The translations under genes were made by a program, and so were the position numbers. Positions 21,952 through 30,342 of a stretch of 35,787 bases of DNA are shown here, piece by piece; positions within the stretch are counted from its first letter, which is position 1, and each line of letters starts with the position of its first letter. Under the pieces are notes generated by a model, which ran no database searches, was not told where the DNA came from, and saw only the letters and a program-made list of their open reading frames with translations. The stretch comes from a virus, in the IMG/VR virus record IMGVR_UViG_3300002053_000010, positions 1 through 35,787 of that record; one strand, 5' to 3'.

Positions 21952-22128
21952 ATGCATTTACTTGTTTTATTTTGTCACGGTTGTTTTATTTTTTTCTGTA
22001 TCTCCTTTCTTTTCTCTATTATTAAATTAATTTTTTCAACTCTTTATTCCTACGCTCGTTCATTTTTACCTGAAAAATATATTGATAATGATGAATACGA
22101 AGATGAATATGAGTATGATGAATATTAA
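21952..22128 (+). CDS. Small membrane protein (58 aa), antisense-oriented within the late operon; not in the ORF track
   Basis: AAAGGAGtttttATG at 21952; sequence MHLLVLFCHGCFIFFCISFLFSIIKLIFSTLYSYARSFLPEKYIDNDEYEDEYEYDEY. It has a hydrophobic N-terminal half and an acidic Tyr-rich tail. Its stop abuts the stop of the convergent gene 22129-23517. Confidence 0.4.
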   Translation: MHLLVLFCHGCFIFFCISFLFSIIKLIFSTLYSYARSFLPEKYIDNDEYEDEYEYDEY

Positions 22129-23517
22129 TCATTTTTCTTCCTCAAATTCCAAATCACTAAAATCGCCTTCTTCAAAAACATCCGCAACTTCAGGCGAGGT
22201 TTTTTCTATCATTTTTTGCATTTTTGGAAGTAGCTTATTTGCTATTGCAAATTTTCCTTTATTTAAAGATTGAATCATTTGTTTTCCTAAATTTTGAAAT
22301 CGTGGATTTGTGATCATTTCTCTTGCTAATATTCTACCGGCTCTTTCTCCAATAGCTTCTGCAATAACTGAATAATGACCAGTTAGTAAACCACCCATCA
22401 TTCTTCCCCATTGAGATAAATTAATAAGTTTATCAACCAATTCTATTCCTTTTGGAGATAATCTTTTTCTTACATTTAAATATTTTTTATATAATTCATT
22501 AGTAGTCTTAAAATCTTCAGATAATTGAGGACTTATAAGTTCCATAGCATTTTGTAAAGGCTTTTTCAATCGTGATAATTCTGGCTTTCTTCCCGCATTT
22601 GCATTAATATCTTGCCAAAATTTTATAATCGATTTTCCATCTTTTGGACTTGCAGAAAATTGTTGAAAATCTTCCATTATTACATTTCTGGTTTTTGCAG
22701 GCATATCTTGTAATGTATTTTGAAGTTTCTCTATTAAACTTATTGCTTCTCCTTCTCCTAAAACAATCTCTGCTGAAGGAGAATTTCTCAAAAATTGATA
22801 AAGACGTCCAGTTGCCGATTTAACTTGCGAAACAGCTTCTTTAGCTTTTTCTCCTTTTTGTGCAAATTTTCCAAAAAGTTTTACTTTTTTTTCTCCAGTT
22901 AATAATGGAGCGATTCCTTCTTCTGTAGCCCCTACTTTTCTTAATAATTCAATTGTTGGTTTTTGAGTTGCAGTTGGAATAATTTTTTTTCCAAATTCAG
23001 GAGAAATAACAGGTAATATTTCTATAATACTTTGAAGCCATTCTGGGGCTCCTAATTCTTCAGCTACTTGTCCTCCTACTGCTCCAATTCCTGTTCTAGC
23101 AGCCATTGGTAAAGTAGCCATTTCGGGTAATGCCATTATTGGAAGTGCTTCTTTTGCAAATCTTCTTATTGTTGCTCCTACTTTTGTCTTTTCAGAAGGA
23201 ATTAATTCTTCAAGATATTCTGTTGTTTCTTTTAATATTTGTTCTGTTGGCTTTCCTTCTTCTAAAGGACCCATAATTCTTCCTAATTTTACAGCTCCTT
23301 CAAAAAATCCTTTCAATGTTTCTTTTGGAATAGCTTTCCACCATGGTTCTTCTATTTCTTCTTTAAATTCTTTTTTTGTTTCTATCGGTTGTTCAAATGC
23401 AAAATCGATGACATCTTCTGCTTCTTGTACTTTTTTTATTGATTTTTTTACTTTTTCAGCAGGTAAAATAAGTTCTTCTTCTTCATCTCCAAACACAAAA
23501 TCTATTATATCTGTCAT
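22129..23517 (-). CDS. Virion-associated protein (462 aa), candidate internal/ejection protein
   Basis: ATGA overlap with the upstream gene. The assignment rests on position between the nozzle-like gene and the tailspike. No enzymatic motif was recognised. Confidence 0.6.
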   Translation of the reverse strand: MTDIIDFVFGDEEEELILPAEKVKKSIKKVQEAEDVIDFAFEQPIETKKEFKEEIEEPWWKAIPKETLKGFFEGAVKLGRIMGPLEEGKPTEQILKETTEYLEELIPSEKTKVGATIRRFAKEALPIMALPEMATLPMAARTGIGAVGGQVAEELGAPEWLQSIIEILPVISPEFGKKIIPTATQKPTIELLRKVGATEEGIAPLLTGEKKVKLFGKFAQKGEKAKEAVSQVKSATGRLYQFLRNSPSAEIVLGEGEAISLIEKLQNTLQDMPAKTRNVIMEDFQQFSASPKDGKSIIKFWQDINANAGRKPELSRLKKPLQNAMELISPQLSEDFKTTNELYKKYLNVRKRLSPKGIELVDKLINLSQWGRMMGGLLTGHYSVIAEAIGERAGRILAREMITNPRFQNLGKQMIQSLNKGKFAIANKLLPKMQKMIEKTSPEVADVFEEGDFSDLEFEEEK

Positions 23518-24896
23518 CGCATATACTCCAGATATTCATTTTTTGTAGGAACTTCATATCCCATTGATTTTATTACTTTTTTTACTTTTTCTTTATCTCT
23601 ATATTTTCCTTTAAAATAATTTGCCATTTCCAATGTTAATGGAGTTCCAGGAATAACCCTTTTTTTTGAAAGTTTTTCAATTCCTTGATCTTCTTCTTGT
23701 ATTTTTCTTAATGTATAGGCGAATCTTTTTTGTTCTTGTTCCACATAAGGAGACATGGCTTGATTTACTATTTGTCCAATATTTCCTGGTACATATCCTA
23801 ATTTTTTTTCATATTCATCCGATAATCTATCTGTTATTTCTATTTTCTTTTCTTGTAATCTTATTCTTTGTTCTAATGAAGCAATAGAAGCCATATTGGC
23901 AAATTTGGTTTTCCCAATTTCAGGTAATGCTGCTATTAATAATTGTTCAATATATTGATTTGGTCTTCCTTTAAGAACTCTCAATCCACTAAGTAAAAAC
24001 TCTTTTACATTTGTAGACAATATAGCACCTTCAGGAGACACTAAATTTCTTCCCCATCTTCCAAAAACTCCAGCCCACCAATCTTTTGTATATTGGGAAA
24101 GATCTCTATCTTTTATTGCAATTTTCATTCCTTCTAAATTTGCCCTTTGATCTCTAATAGTATCTCTTTCTTCATCTATTGAATCCATGTGTTTTTTAGC
24201 TTTATCAGCATGATATTTTCTATCTGCATTAAAATTCTTGCGTTCTTTATCTTTTAAATCTAAAGCTCCTTTTGCAAATTCAGATAGATTTTTATCTTCA
24301 CTTCCCATTGCTACCACCAAATCTGAATCCGGTATATTTTCAATTGGAGATTTTTGTGGTTGTATTGATACTTCTGGTATTCTAATAGGCCGTGGCGTTA
24401 TAAGCTCTGTCGTTTCTGTTTCATCAGCCTCTGGTATTCCTGGTCTTTGTTGTCCTTCTGGTGTATATCTACTTAAAAATTCAGTTAGACCAGATGGTTT
24501 AAATTGTTTAATAATATTAACCGCATCGGTCACTTTCATACCTCTTCTAGTAGCTTCTCCAATAAAAGCTCTTTGTCCTTCAGGAGTACTAAAATCTGCT
24601 TTTTGTAAAATATCTTGATATTCGCTTAAATCTGGTTCTACTTCAGTTCTTTTAAGTTGTTCCATAAATGGTTGGGCTACTTCTTTCCCAAATAACATAC
24701 TTGTAAGACTTGCTTGCTGTGCTATTGGAAGATTTTTAAATTCTTCTGAAGAAGTAATCTCTTTAAATCTTTCTGCTTGTCTTTGTCTTAAAGATTCTTC
24801 TCTTCTTCTTTGTATTTCTTGACCCAATAATGGGCTTGTCGCTTGGGTTAAAAAATCTAAAAATCCTTTTTGCCTAGGTATAATTGGTATAGACAT
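23514..24896 (-). CDS. Virion-associated protein (460 aa), candidate internal/ejection protein
   Basis: SD AGGAGAttaaaaaATG. Charged, helical-looking sequence. The assignment is positional. Confidence 0.6.
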   Translation of the reverse strand: MSIPIIPRQKGFLDFLTQATSPLLGQEIQRRREESLRQRQAERFKEITSSEEFKNLPIAQQASLTSMLFGKEVAQPFMEQLKRTEVEPDLSEYQDILQKADFSTPEGQRAFIGEATRRGMKVTDAVNIIKQFKPSGLTEFLSRYTPEGQQRPGIPEADETETTELITPRPIRIPEVSIQPQKSPIENIPDSDLVVAMGSEDKNLSEFAKGALDLKDKERKNFNADRKYHADKAKKHMDSIDEERDTIRDQRANLEGMKIAIKDRDLSQYTKDWWAGVFGRWGRNLVSPEGAILSTNVKEFLLSGLRVLKGRPNQYIEQLLIAALPEIGKTKFANMASIASLEQRIRLQEKKIEITDRLSDEYEKKLGYVPGNIGQIVNQAMSPYVEQEQKRFAYTLRKIQEEDQGIEKLSKKRVIPGTPLTLEMANYFKGKYRDKEKVKKVIKSMGYEVPTKNEYLEYMR

Positions 24897-24907
24897 TTTT
24901 TAATCTC

Positions 24908-25432
24908 CTAAATCATTCCTAATAATAATGGCAATGCTATTTGCATTAATTGTTGCCCCATTCCAGGCGAACCTTCTTGATAATATGGTTGTTGTCTTCC
25001 TAATCCAATAGCTTGTAATAAATTACTCATTGGTTGTTGTTCCCATTGAAGAGCTGTTGGTAACATTCTAGAAGTTAGTCCAGCTCTTTGGGCTCCCAAT
25101 CTTTCAGTTAATCCAGACGCTGCCTCTCCTAATGCTTGTTGAAATCCAGATGAAGAAAGTCCACCAACACCAGCAAATCTTTCTGCCACTCCAGGAACAA
25201 TTTGTTCACTAAACTGTCTCATTAATGGAGCTTCAAATTCTTCAAAACCTTCTCCAGAAAGCATTTTTCTTAAATATTCTTCACCTGCTCCATATAAAGC
25301 ACCTTCAGGACGTCCACCACCACCAATAATTTGTCTTAATGCTTCCATAAAATCTTTTGGAAGTGTTGGAGCCTGTTTCATTTTTCCTTTACTTCCAGAA
25401 AACCACTTTGAAAATGAATCAAAAAATCCCAT
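24908..25432 (-). CDS. Gly/Gln-rich small virion protein (174 aa) with a hydrophobic C-terminus
   Basis: SD AGGAGAaaatATG. The C-terminal LMQIALPLLLGMI is membrane-like. Confidence 0.6.
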   Translation of the reverse strand: MGFFDSFSKWFSGSKGKMKQAPTLPKDFMEALRQIIGGGGRPEGALYGAGEEYLRKMLSGEGFEEFEAPLMRQFSEQIVPGVAERFAGVGGLSSSGFQQALGEAASGLTERLGAQRAGLTSRMLPTALQWEQQPMSNLLQAIGLGRQQPYYQEGSPGMGQQLMQIALPLLLGMI

Positions 25433-25447
25433 ATTTTCTCCTAAAAT

Positions 25448-25945
25448 TTATTTTATATATTCTATTACCACATATGCAGTTGTAAATCCGCTGTAATTAA
25501 AATTGCTTCTCAAAATAACATTTGTATTATCCATTGAAAGCTGAATATGATTTCCTCCTCCTGTCATATCTATATATGGTAATGGAATATATAAAGTTGA
25601 TGGATCTGTTGCTGCTCCATAAATTTTCGTTACAATGGTTGAGGCTGCAATTGTTATTCCATGAGCTACATTTTGTGGATTTACAGCAGTAAAATCATTT
25701 AATCCACCTAAATCAATAACTTTTCTATAGACATCTCTTTTCACTTGATTATTTCCAGCTGTAAACCATTTTTGTGAAATTGCAATCTCAATATCTTCAT
25801 AATTTCCACTTTCTTTTTGATTTAAAACATCGGCTGTTCTTCTTTCTCTTTCTGCTACAACAGATTTAAATAATTCAATTTCTTTTGGAATCTGAAAATC
25901 TACTGGTAATCCTTCTGGAATTGCATTTACTGGAGCATATGTCAT
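25448..25945 (-). CDS. Hypothetical structural protein (165 aa)
   Basis: ATGA overlap with the upstream gene. Confidence 0.65.
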   Translation of the reverse strand: MTYAPVNAIPEGLPVDFQIPKEIELFKSVVAERERRTADVLNQKESGNYEDIEIAISQKWFTAGNNQVKRDVYRKVIDLGGLNDFTAVNPQNVAHGITIAASTIVTKIYGAATDPSTLYIPLPYIDMTGGGNHIQLSMDNTNVILRSNFNYSGFTTAYVVIEYIK

Positions 25946-28155
25946 GGTCCTAAATCCTTAATTCTTGTTTCAGGTCTTGTCCAAATTACCATTCCTTGTA
26001 ATTCAAAACCTGACCTTCCTTTAATATTATCTGCTAATTGTGCATCAGATAATCTCAGTCTTATCTGATGGAAATTTCCACCACATCCTGTATAAACTCT
26101 TGTATATCTAGATTCTTGTCCTTGTAATGCAATCGGAACTGTTCTTGTAACAGCCGGAGTTGTGTCATTGTCATCAACATATTGTTCAAGCGTGATTTCT
26201 GCCCTATTAAGCACATTTCCAGTATTTGCAGTATGTGGACCCATACCTGTAGTATCTAAGCCGTCTACGGTAAAATTAGTGGCATTTATGACGGTTACAG
26301 TATATTTGATGTTATTTATTTCTGGCATTCCTGCTATCTCTTCAAAATAAATTTCACTTCCGGTTACAAGATTATGCGCAATCAAAGTTGTAACTTGTGC
26401 GGGAAATGCTTGAGTAATTACTGTTATTGGAATTTCTTGCTGTTGTTGTGATGTTGCATAAATATCTACATATTGTAATCTACAACTTTGTCCTGATTGA
26501 ATATATGGATTAAATCTCTTTGTCTGAATATCAAAATTAAAATTTGTTCCATGGTCCGTTCCATCACTTAAATCTTGAAATGCAAAATATACAAATCCAT
26601 TTAAATGACCTGCAACAATTGATGGAGCATTATCTTGCATAAATGGATTTATCCAATAATTTTCCGTTTGATTTTCCCATTCATCTCTATTTGCTTGTGT
26701 AAACATTGCCCACGTTCTATCTTCATATTCTTTATATTGTCCAAAAACTCTGTAAGATTGATTTAATATTGCCCAGGATTTCTCACCAAAATTATAAGAA
26801 ATTATTTTATTATTCGTAGTAGCATTTGTATCAGCAGAAGGAACTGCCCAATAAAATATATCTCTATAATAATCAACAGCAGATGATACAAGTTGTAATC
26901 CTTCTGTTGCAGTACCGGTTTCTATTTGAAATGATCTATCTGGAATTTTTTCATCTATTCTTGAAACATTATTAGTATCTGCTCCTATAAATCCACGCCT
27001 TGATACTGTAAAAGCAGAAGATTCATAAGTAATTGTGCTAAATGGAGCTTCCGATCCATAGTTTGTGCTTATTCTTTCCCATCTAAATGGAAGAATTTGG
27101 TCTCCAGCATATCTTAATCTCCATGTGCTAAACTGAAAAAATACAATCAGAACATTGCTAATAATAGCAGCAGAAATTATTCTTTCATTTGTATCTGCAT
27201 CAATATAACCGCCTCTTCCTGGTTCGTCGTGACGCCATGCTAAAGCCGTTGCTCCTCCAAACCATGGACCAGGTTCAACAACAGCTGGATCACCTCCTGT
27301 TGCAAGAACATATGGAGTTCCAATCTGAGACCATCTAGCCCTTTGATAATAATTATTACCACCTTCTGTAGTATCTAAAATTACCATTCTTCCATAATAA
27401 GAAAAAAGAAGCCGCGCTCTTGTTACTTGTGTTCCACCACCATCAACAGTAAATCTTTGATTATTCCATCCAGCGGCAGGATTGCCGTTATAAAATCTTA
27501 CAGGATCAACATTATTGCTTACCCATAAACTATCTGCATAATTAAGCGACCAAAAATATTGTGTATTATTTCCCGTCCATCTTATATTTGCAGAAGTTGT
27601 TTGAAACTGGCTAATATCATTAAAAACACCCCCACCTGCTACATTAAATCGATAAGCGCGATATCTATCAAAAGCTATCAATTCTTCATCTACTGTTCCT
27701 CTTATCAATCTATTAGCCAATCCATTAACTGGAAGATGGATTGTTCCACCTGCCGCATATACTCCCCATGCTAAACTATTAACATTTGTTCCATCTAGAT
27801 TATGTAAATCAAAAGCGGCACCTACAATATTTGCTACTAAATATTGATTCCCATTAACTTCTGTCATTCCAGTTACGCCATAAATCGTTATGATATCTCC
27901 AACTTGCAAATCTCCAATAGCAGCTACTGTCACATTTGCAGGATTTGCATTTGTAATCCCGGGGGCAGCCACTGCTGCGGATGCTTCTAAAACAGCAAGT
28001 TCATTATCTCCTTCTCTTTTTCGAACTTTTCCTCTATAGACATACGCATCTTCTAATACAGCAAATGCCTCATCTCCTATAAGCCATGGCTTGTAATATT
28101 CGACAAGTCCTGTATTTCCAGCATAAGGTGCTATGAGTCTTGGTTCATATGACAT
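25942..28155 (-). CDS. Large tail protein (737 aa), nozzle / tail-tubular-B-like (positional call)
   Basis: The start was re-set to the ATG at 28155 (TAATG overlap with the upstream stop); the ORF-track start at 28179 is a TTG. The call rests on size and position, as in podovirus structural modules. It contains two GD.[IV].[IF]...GM..[IV]N modules. Confidence 0.65.
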   Translation of the reverse strand: MSYEPRLIAPYAGNTGLVEYYKPWLIGDEAFAVLEDAYVYRGKVRKREGDNELAVLEASAAVAAPGITNANPANVTVAAIGDLQVGDIITIYGVTGMTEVNGNQYLVANIVGAAFDLHNLDGTNVNSLAWGVYAAGGTIHLPVNGLANRLIRGTVDEELIAFDRYRAYRFNVAGGGVFNDISQFQTTSANIRWTGNNTQYFWSLNYADSLWVSNNVDPVRFYNGNPAAGWNNQRFTVDGGGTQVTRARLLFSYYGRMVILDTTEGGNNYYQRARWSQIGTPYVLATGGDPAVVEPGPWFGGATALAWRHDEPGRGGYIDADTNERIISAAIISNVLIVFFQFSTWRLRYAGDQILPFRWERISTNYGSEAPFSTITYESSAFTVSRRGFIGADTNNVSRIDEKIPDRSFQIETGTATEGLQLVSSAVDYYRDIFYWAVPSADTNATTNNKIISYNFGEKSWAILNQSYRVFGQYKEYEDRTWAMFTQANRDEWENQTENYWINPFMQDNAPSIVAGHLNGFVYFAFQDLSDGTDHGTNFNFDIQTKRFNPYIQSGQSCRLQYVDIYATSQQQQEIPITVITQAFPAQVTTLIAHNLVTGSEIYFEEIAGMPEINNIKYTVTVINATNFTVDGLDTTGMGPHTANTGNVLNRAEITLEQYVDDNDTTPAVTRTVPIALQGQESRYTRVYTGCGGNFHQIRLRLSDAQLADNIKGRSGFELQGMVIWTRPETRIKDLGP

Positions 28156-28763
28156 TAGGCGGGTCCTATTGCTAACCAATTAAATGTATGATTATCATCT
28201 GAATGATATCTTAAGAAAGTAACAGATGCAGCTGCCATTGTTCCTGGACTTACAACTACAGTTCTATTATTTGGATCAGCTGATTGTCTAGTTGCCAAAA
28301 CAGTGTATGGTACTCCAGAAAAATTTGGAACAAATCCAACAGCCTGTGTATTGACTGTATTTGGAAATGATGCTTGTCCCCAATGTATTAATATTCCTCC
28401 TGGAAGATATGAATGTCCTATTACTGCCGCACTAGGATCAACTGCTGTCATTTGAACAATATTACCATTACTTTGGCGCCTCATAAATAATTGGGCATTT
28501 CCTCCTCCATCATTTTTAACATAAACAGCAATCTCATTTGCACCGGTTCCAATATCTGCACTTGCTCTAATAAATTTAACTTGTCTATGTTTTCCTCTAT
28601 CTGCCGCCCCTGCAATATCATATGGAGCTACTGCAGTAGTAAAATTAAATTCATAATGATCGGCAGCCATTATTGTGTTTGCTTGCTGAAAATTTGCAAG
28701 AATATCTCCTTGAGAGACACTAAGCAAATCGTTGGGCTGAGGTATGTTTGGTGAAAATACCAT
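28155..28763 (-). CDS. Hypothetical structural protein (202 aa)
   Basis: The ATG at 28763 lies 11 nt after AAGGAG. The GTG at 28775 and the ATG at 28772 overlap or abut the SD and are unlikely starts. Confidence 0.65.
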   Translation of the reverse strand: MVFSPNIPQPNDLLSVSQGDILANFQQANTIMAADHYEFNFTTAVAPYDIAGAADRGKHRQVKFIRASADIGTGANEIAVYVKNDGGGNAQLFMRRQSNGNIVQMTAVDPSAAVIGHSYLPGGILIHWGQASFPNTVNTQAVGFVPNFSGVPYTVLATRQSADPNNRTVVVSPGTMAAASVTFLRYHSDDNHTFNWLAIGPA

Positions 28764-28771
28764 ATATATCA

Positions 28772-28961
28772 TCACTCCTTAGGTGTTATATCTTTCCAGC
28801 AATATCCTTTTACCATACTGCAAGCAGTTCCAACCGGAATGCCAGTAAGTAAAGATATTGCTTTATAAGTTTTTCCTTCGTTTTTTACCTTTTTTTACTT
28901 TTAAAGTTTTTCTTAAAGATCCAGGTTTCTCAATCGCTTGTTGAATCCATTTATTTGCCAT
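28772..28961 (-). pseudogene. Small gene split between two frames at poly-A runs: frameshifted, recoded, or a homopolymer error
   Basis: Frame 0 runs 28961-28863 (AGGAGAtaaaatATG, MANKWIQQAIEKPGSLRKTLKVKKGKKRRKNL*). The +1 frame stays open over 28882-28772 (KKVKNEGKTYKAISLLTGIPVGTACSMVKGYCWKDITPKE*) with no start codon of its own. The two frames overlap in GTAAAAAAAGGTAAAAAACG. Confidence 0.5.
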
Positions 28962-28971
28962 ATTTTATCTC

Positions 28972-29883
28972 CTAATAATAAGGATAAAAATCCCAAACAG
29001 CACGGCTCATTGGATCCATGTTATATTCTGTTGGAACTCTTTGATTAGATAATTTTTTTAATGCCCTTCTTTGGGCTAAATTTTTTTGTCTATCAAAGAT
29101 TGGAAAAAACTTTCCGTGTTCATCCCAATCACCACTTTCTATAAATATCTTTAAACAAGTTCCATATGCAATTAATTCATACCATTCAACAATCTCTGGA
29201 CTAGAAGTTGCAGCCGCCATTGCGGTTGGTCTTATCAAACATTTACATTTAAATTCATAGGTTTGATCTGGAACAGGTCTAAATTCAAAATTATTGTTAT
29301 AAAACAAAACGCTTCTAGGTCTTGAAGCAACATATGGATAATATTGAGCATTTATATTTGTACCCACAGCAACAGCACCCACAAAATTGACAGTGAGTAC
29401 ACCTGTAATATAATTGATAACGCCAGCACCCCCAGCAGAGCCGACGAGAATACCAGCACTATCGTCCGTAAAAGATTCTGTCCCATCTGAAATGATAACT
29501 GAACCACGCAAAATAGGAGTATTAGTAAGAGTAAACGTATATGTAATGCCTCCATTTCCAACCGCTCCTGTTTCTAAAAATTTATTTTCTGGCCAAATTC
29601 TAAAAAAAGAAGTTGGATCTTGATGCCAATCTAATTCATAACCTGAAATATATCCCGGCGGTTTTACGTTATAATAATTTTCTGGAAGAGCATAAATTGC
29701 TATGTTTGGTTGAGTCCTAAACATATAATATTCTTCTAATTGCATTGTCTTAAAAACTTCGGGAAGATCATAAAGATAAAAATCATCTATATAATTATCC
29801 AGATTGGCATCAGATAATTGATCTATCGATTGTCTTCCCGTAATATTTCTTACAATTTGCCTTATTCTTGCTAATGTTGTCAT
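28972..29883 (-). CDS. Structural protein (303 aa), candidate head-tail adaptor (positional call)
   Basis: Long ORF between the capsid genes and the nozzle-like gene. No named motif was recognised. Confidence 0.6.
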   Translation of the reverse strand: MTTLARIRQIVRNITGRQSIDQLSDANLDNYIDDFYLYDLPEVFKTMQLEEYYMFRTQPNIAIYALPENYYNVKPPGYISGYELDWHQDPTSFFRIWPENKFLETGAVGNGGITYTFTLTNTPILRGSVIISDGTESFTDDSAGILVGSAGGAGVINYITGVLTVNFVGAVAVGTNINAQYYPYVASRPRSVLFYNNNFEFRPVPDQTYEFKCKCLIRPTAMAAATSSPEIVEWYELIAYGTCLKIFIESGDWDEHGKFFPIFDRQKNLAQRRALKKLSNQRVPTEYNMDPMSRAVWDFYPYY

Positions 29884-29885
29884 TT

Positions 29886-30269
29886 TTAGCTAAAATCCTT
29901 GGATACAAATTGATATCTTTGAACAATTCTTCCTGTTGATTTCGTATAATTTCCATCTTCATCTAATTGATATTTGTGTACAGGATATTGTGTTCTTGTA
30001 TTTATAAATTTTGCGACAGATAAAGGAATTTCTGCTTCTTCTCCATCATCAAACCATTTAGAGAAAACGGGTTGATCTTTATATATTTTGCAACAAACAT
30101 ATCCAGATTGACCAGGGTTCTCTAAATTCTTAAATGTTCCTTTTACTTTTTTGTCTTCTTCTTTGGTCATAGCTTCTAATGAATCTTTATTTACAATTTC
30201 ATTACTAACTCTTCCAATATAGATCGCTTCTTTTCTATCTTTTACAACACCTTCAGGTTGTTTTTTCAT
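29886..30269 (-). CDS. Hypothetical protein (127 aa)
   Basis: The start was re-set to the ATG at 30269 (MKKQPEGVV...), which follows the leader element. The ORF-track extension to 30329 runs through the terminator hairpin. Confidence 0.7.
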   Translation of the reverse strand: MKKQPEGVVKDRKEAIYIGRVSNEIVNKDSLEAMTKEEDKKVKGTFKNLENPGQSGYVCCKIYKDQPVFSKWFDDGEEAEIPLSVAKFINTRTQYPVHKYQLDEDGNYTKSTGRIVQRYQFVSKDFS

Positions 30270-30276
30270 GATATTT

Positions 30277-30290
30277 CTCCGACGTTTGAT
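30277..30290 (-). promoter_or_regulatory. Leader/RBS element copy, variant (sense ATCAAACGTCGGAG)
   Basis: It is followed by aaatatc and the ATG at 30269, and begins 10 nt after the terminator at 30300-30324. Confidence 0.65.
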
Positions 30291-30299
30291 TATCTTATT

Positions 30300-30324
30300 C
30301 AAAAGAAGGGGACAATCTGTCCCC
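30300..30324 (-). terminator. Intrinsic terminator after the capsid / 313-aa protein genes
   Basis: On the sense strand, GGGGAC agatt GTCCCC followed by TTCTTTTG, about 20 nt after the stop at 30343. Confidence 0.7.
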
Positions 30325-30342
30325 CTCAAATATAATAAGCTA

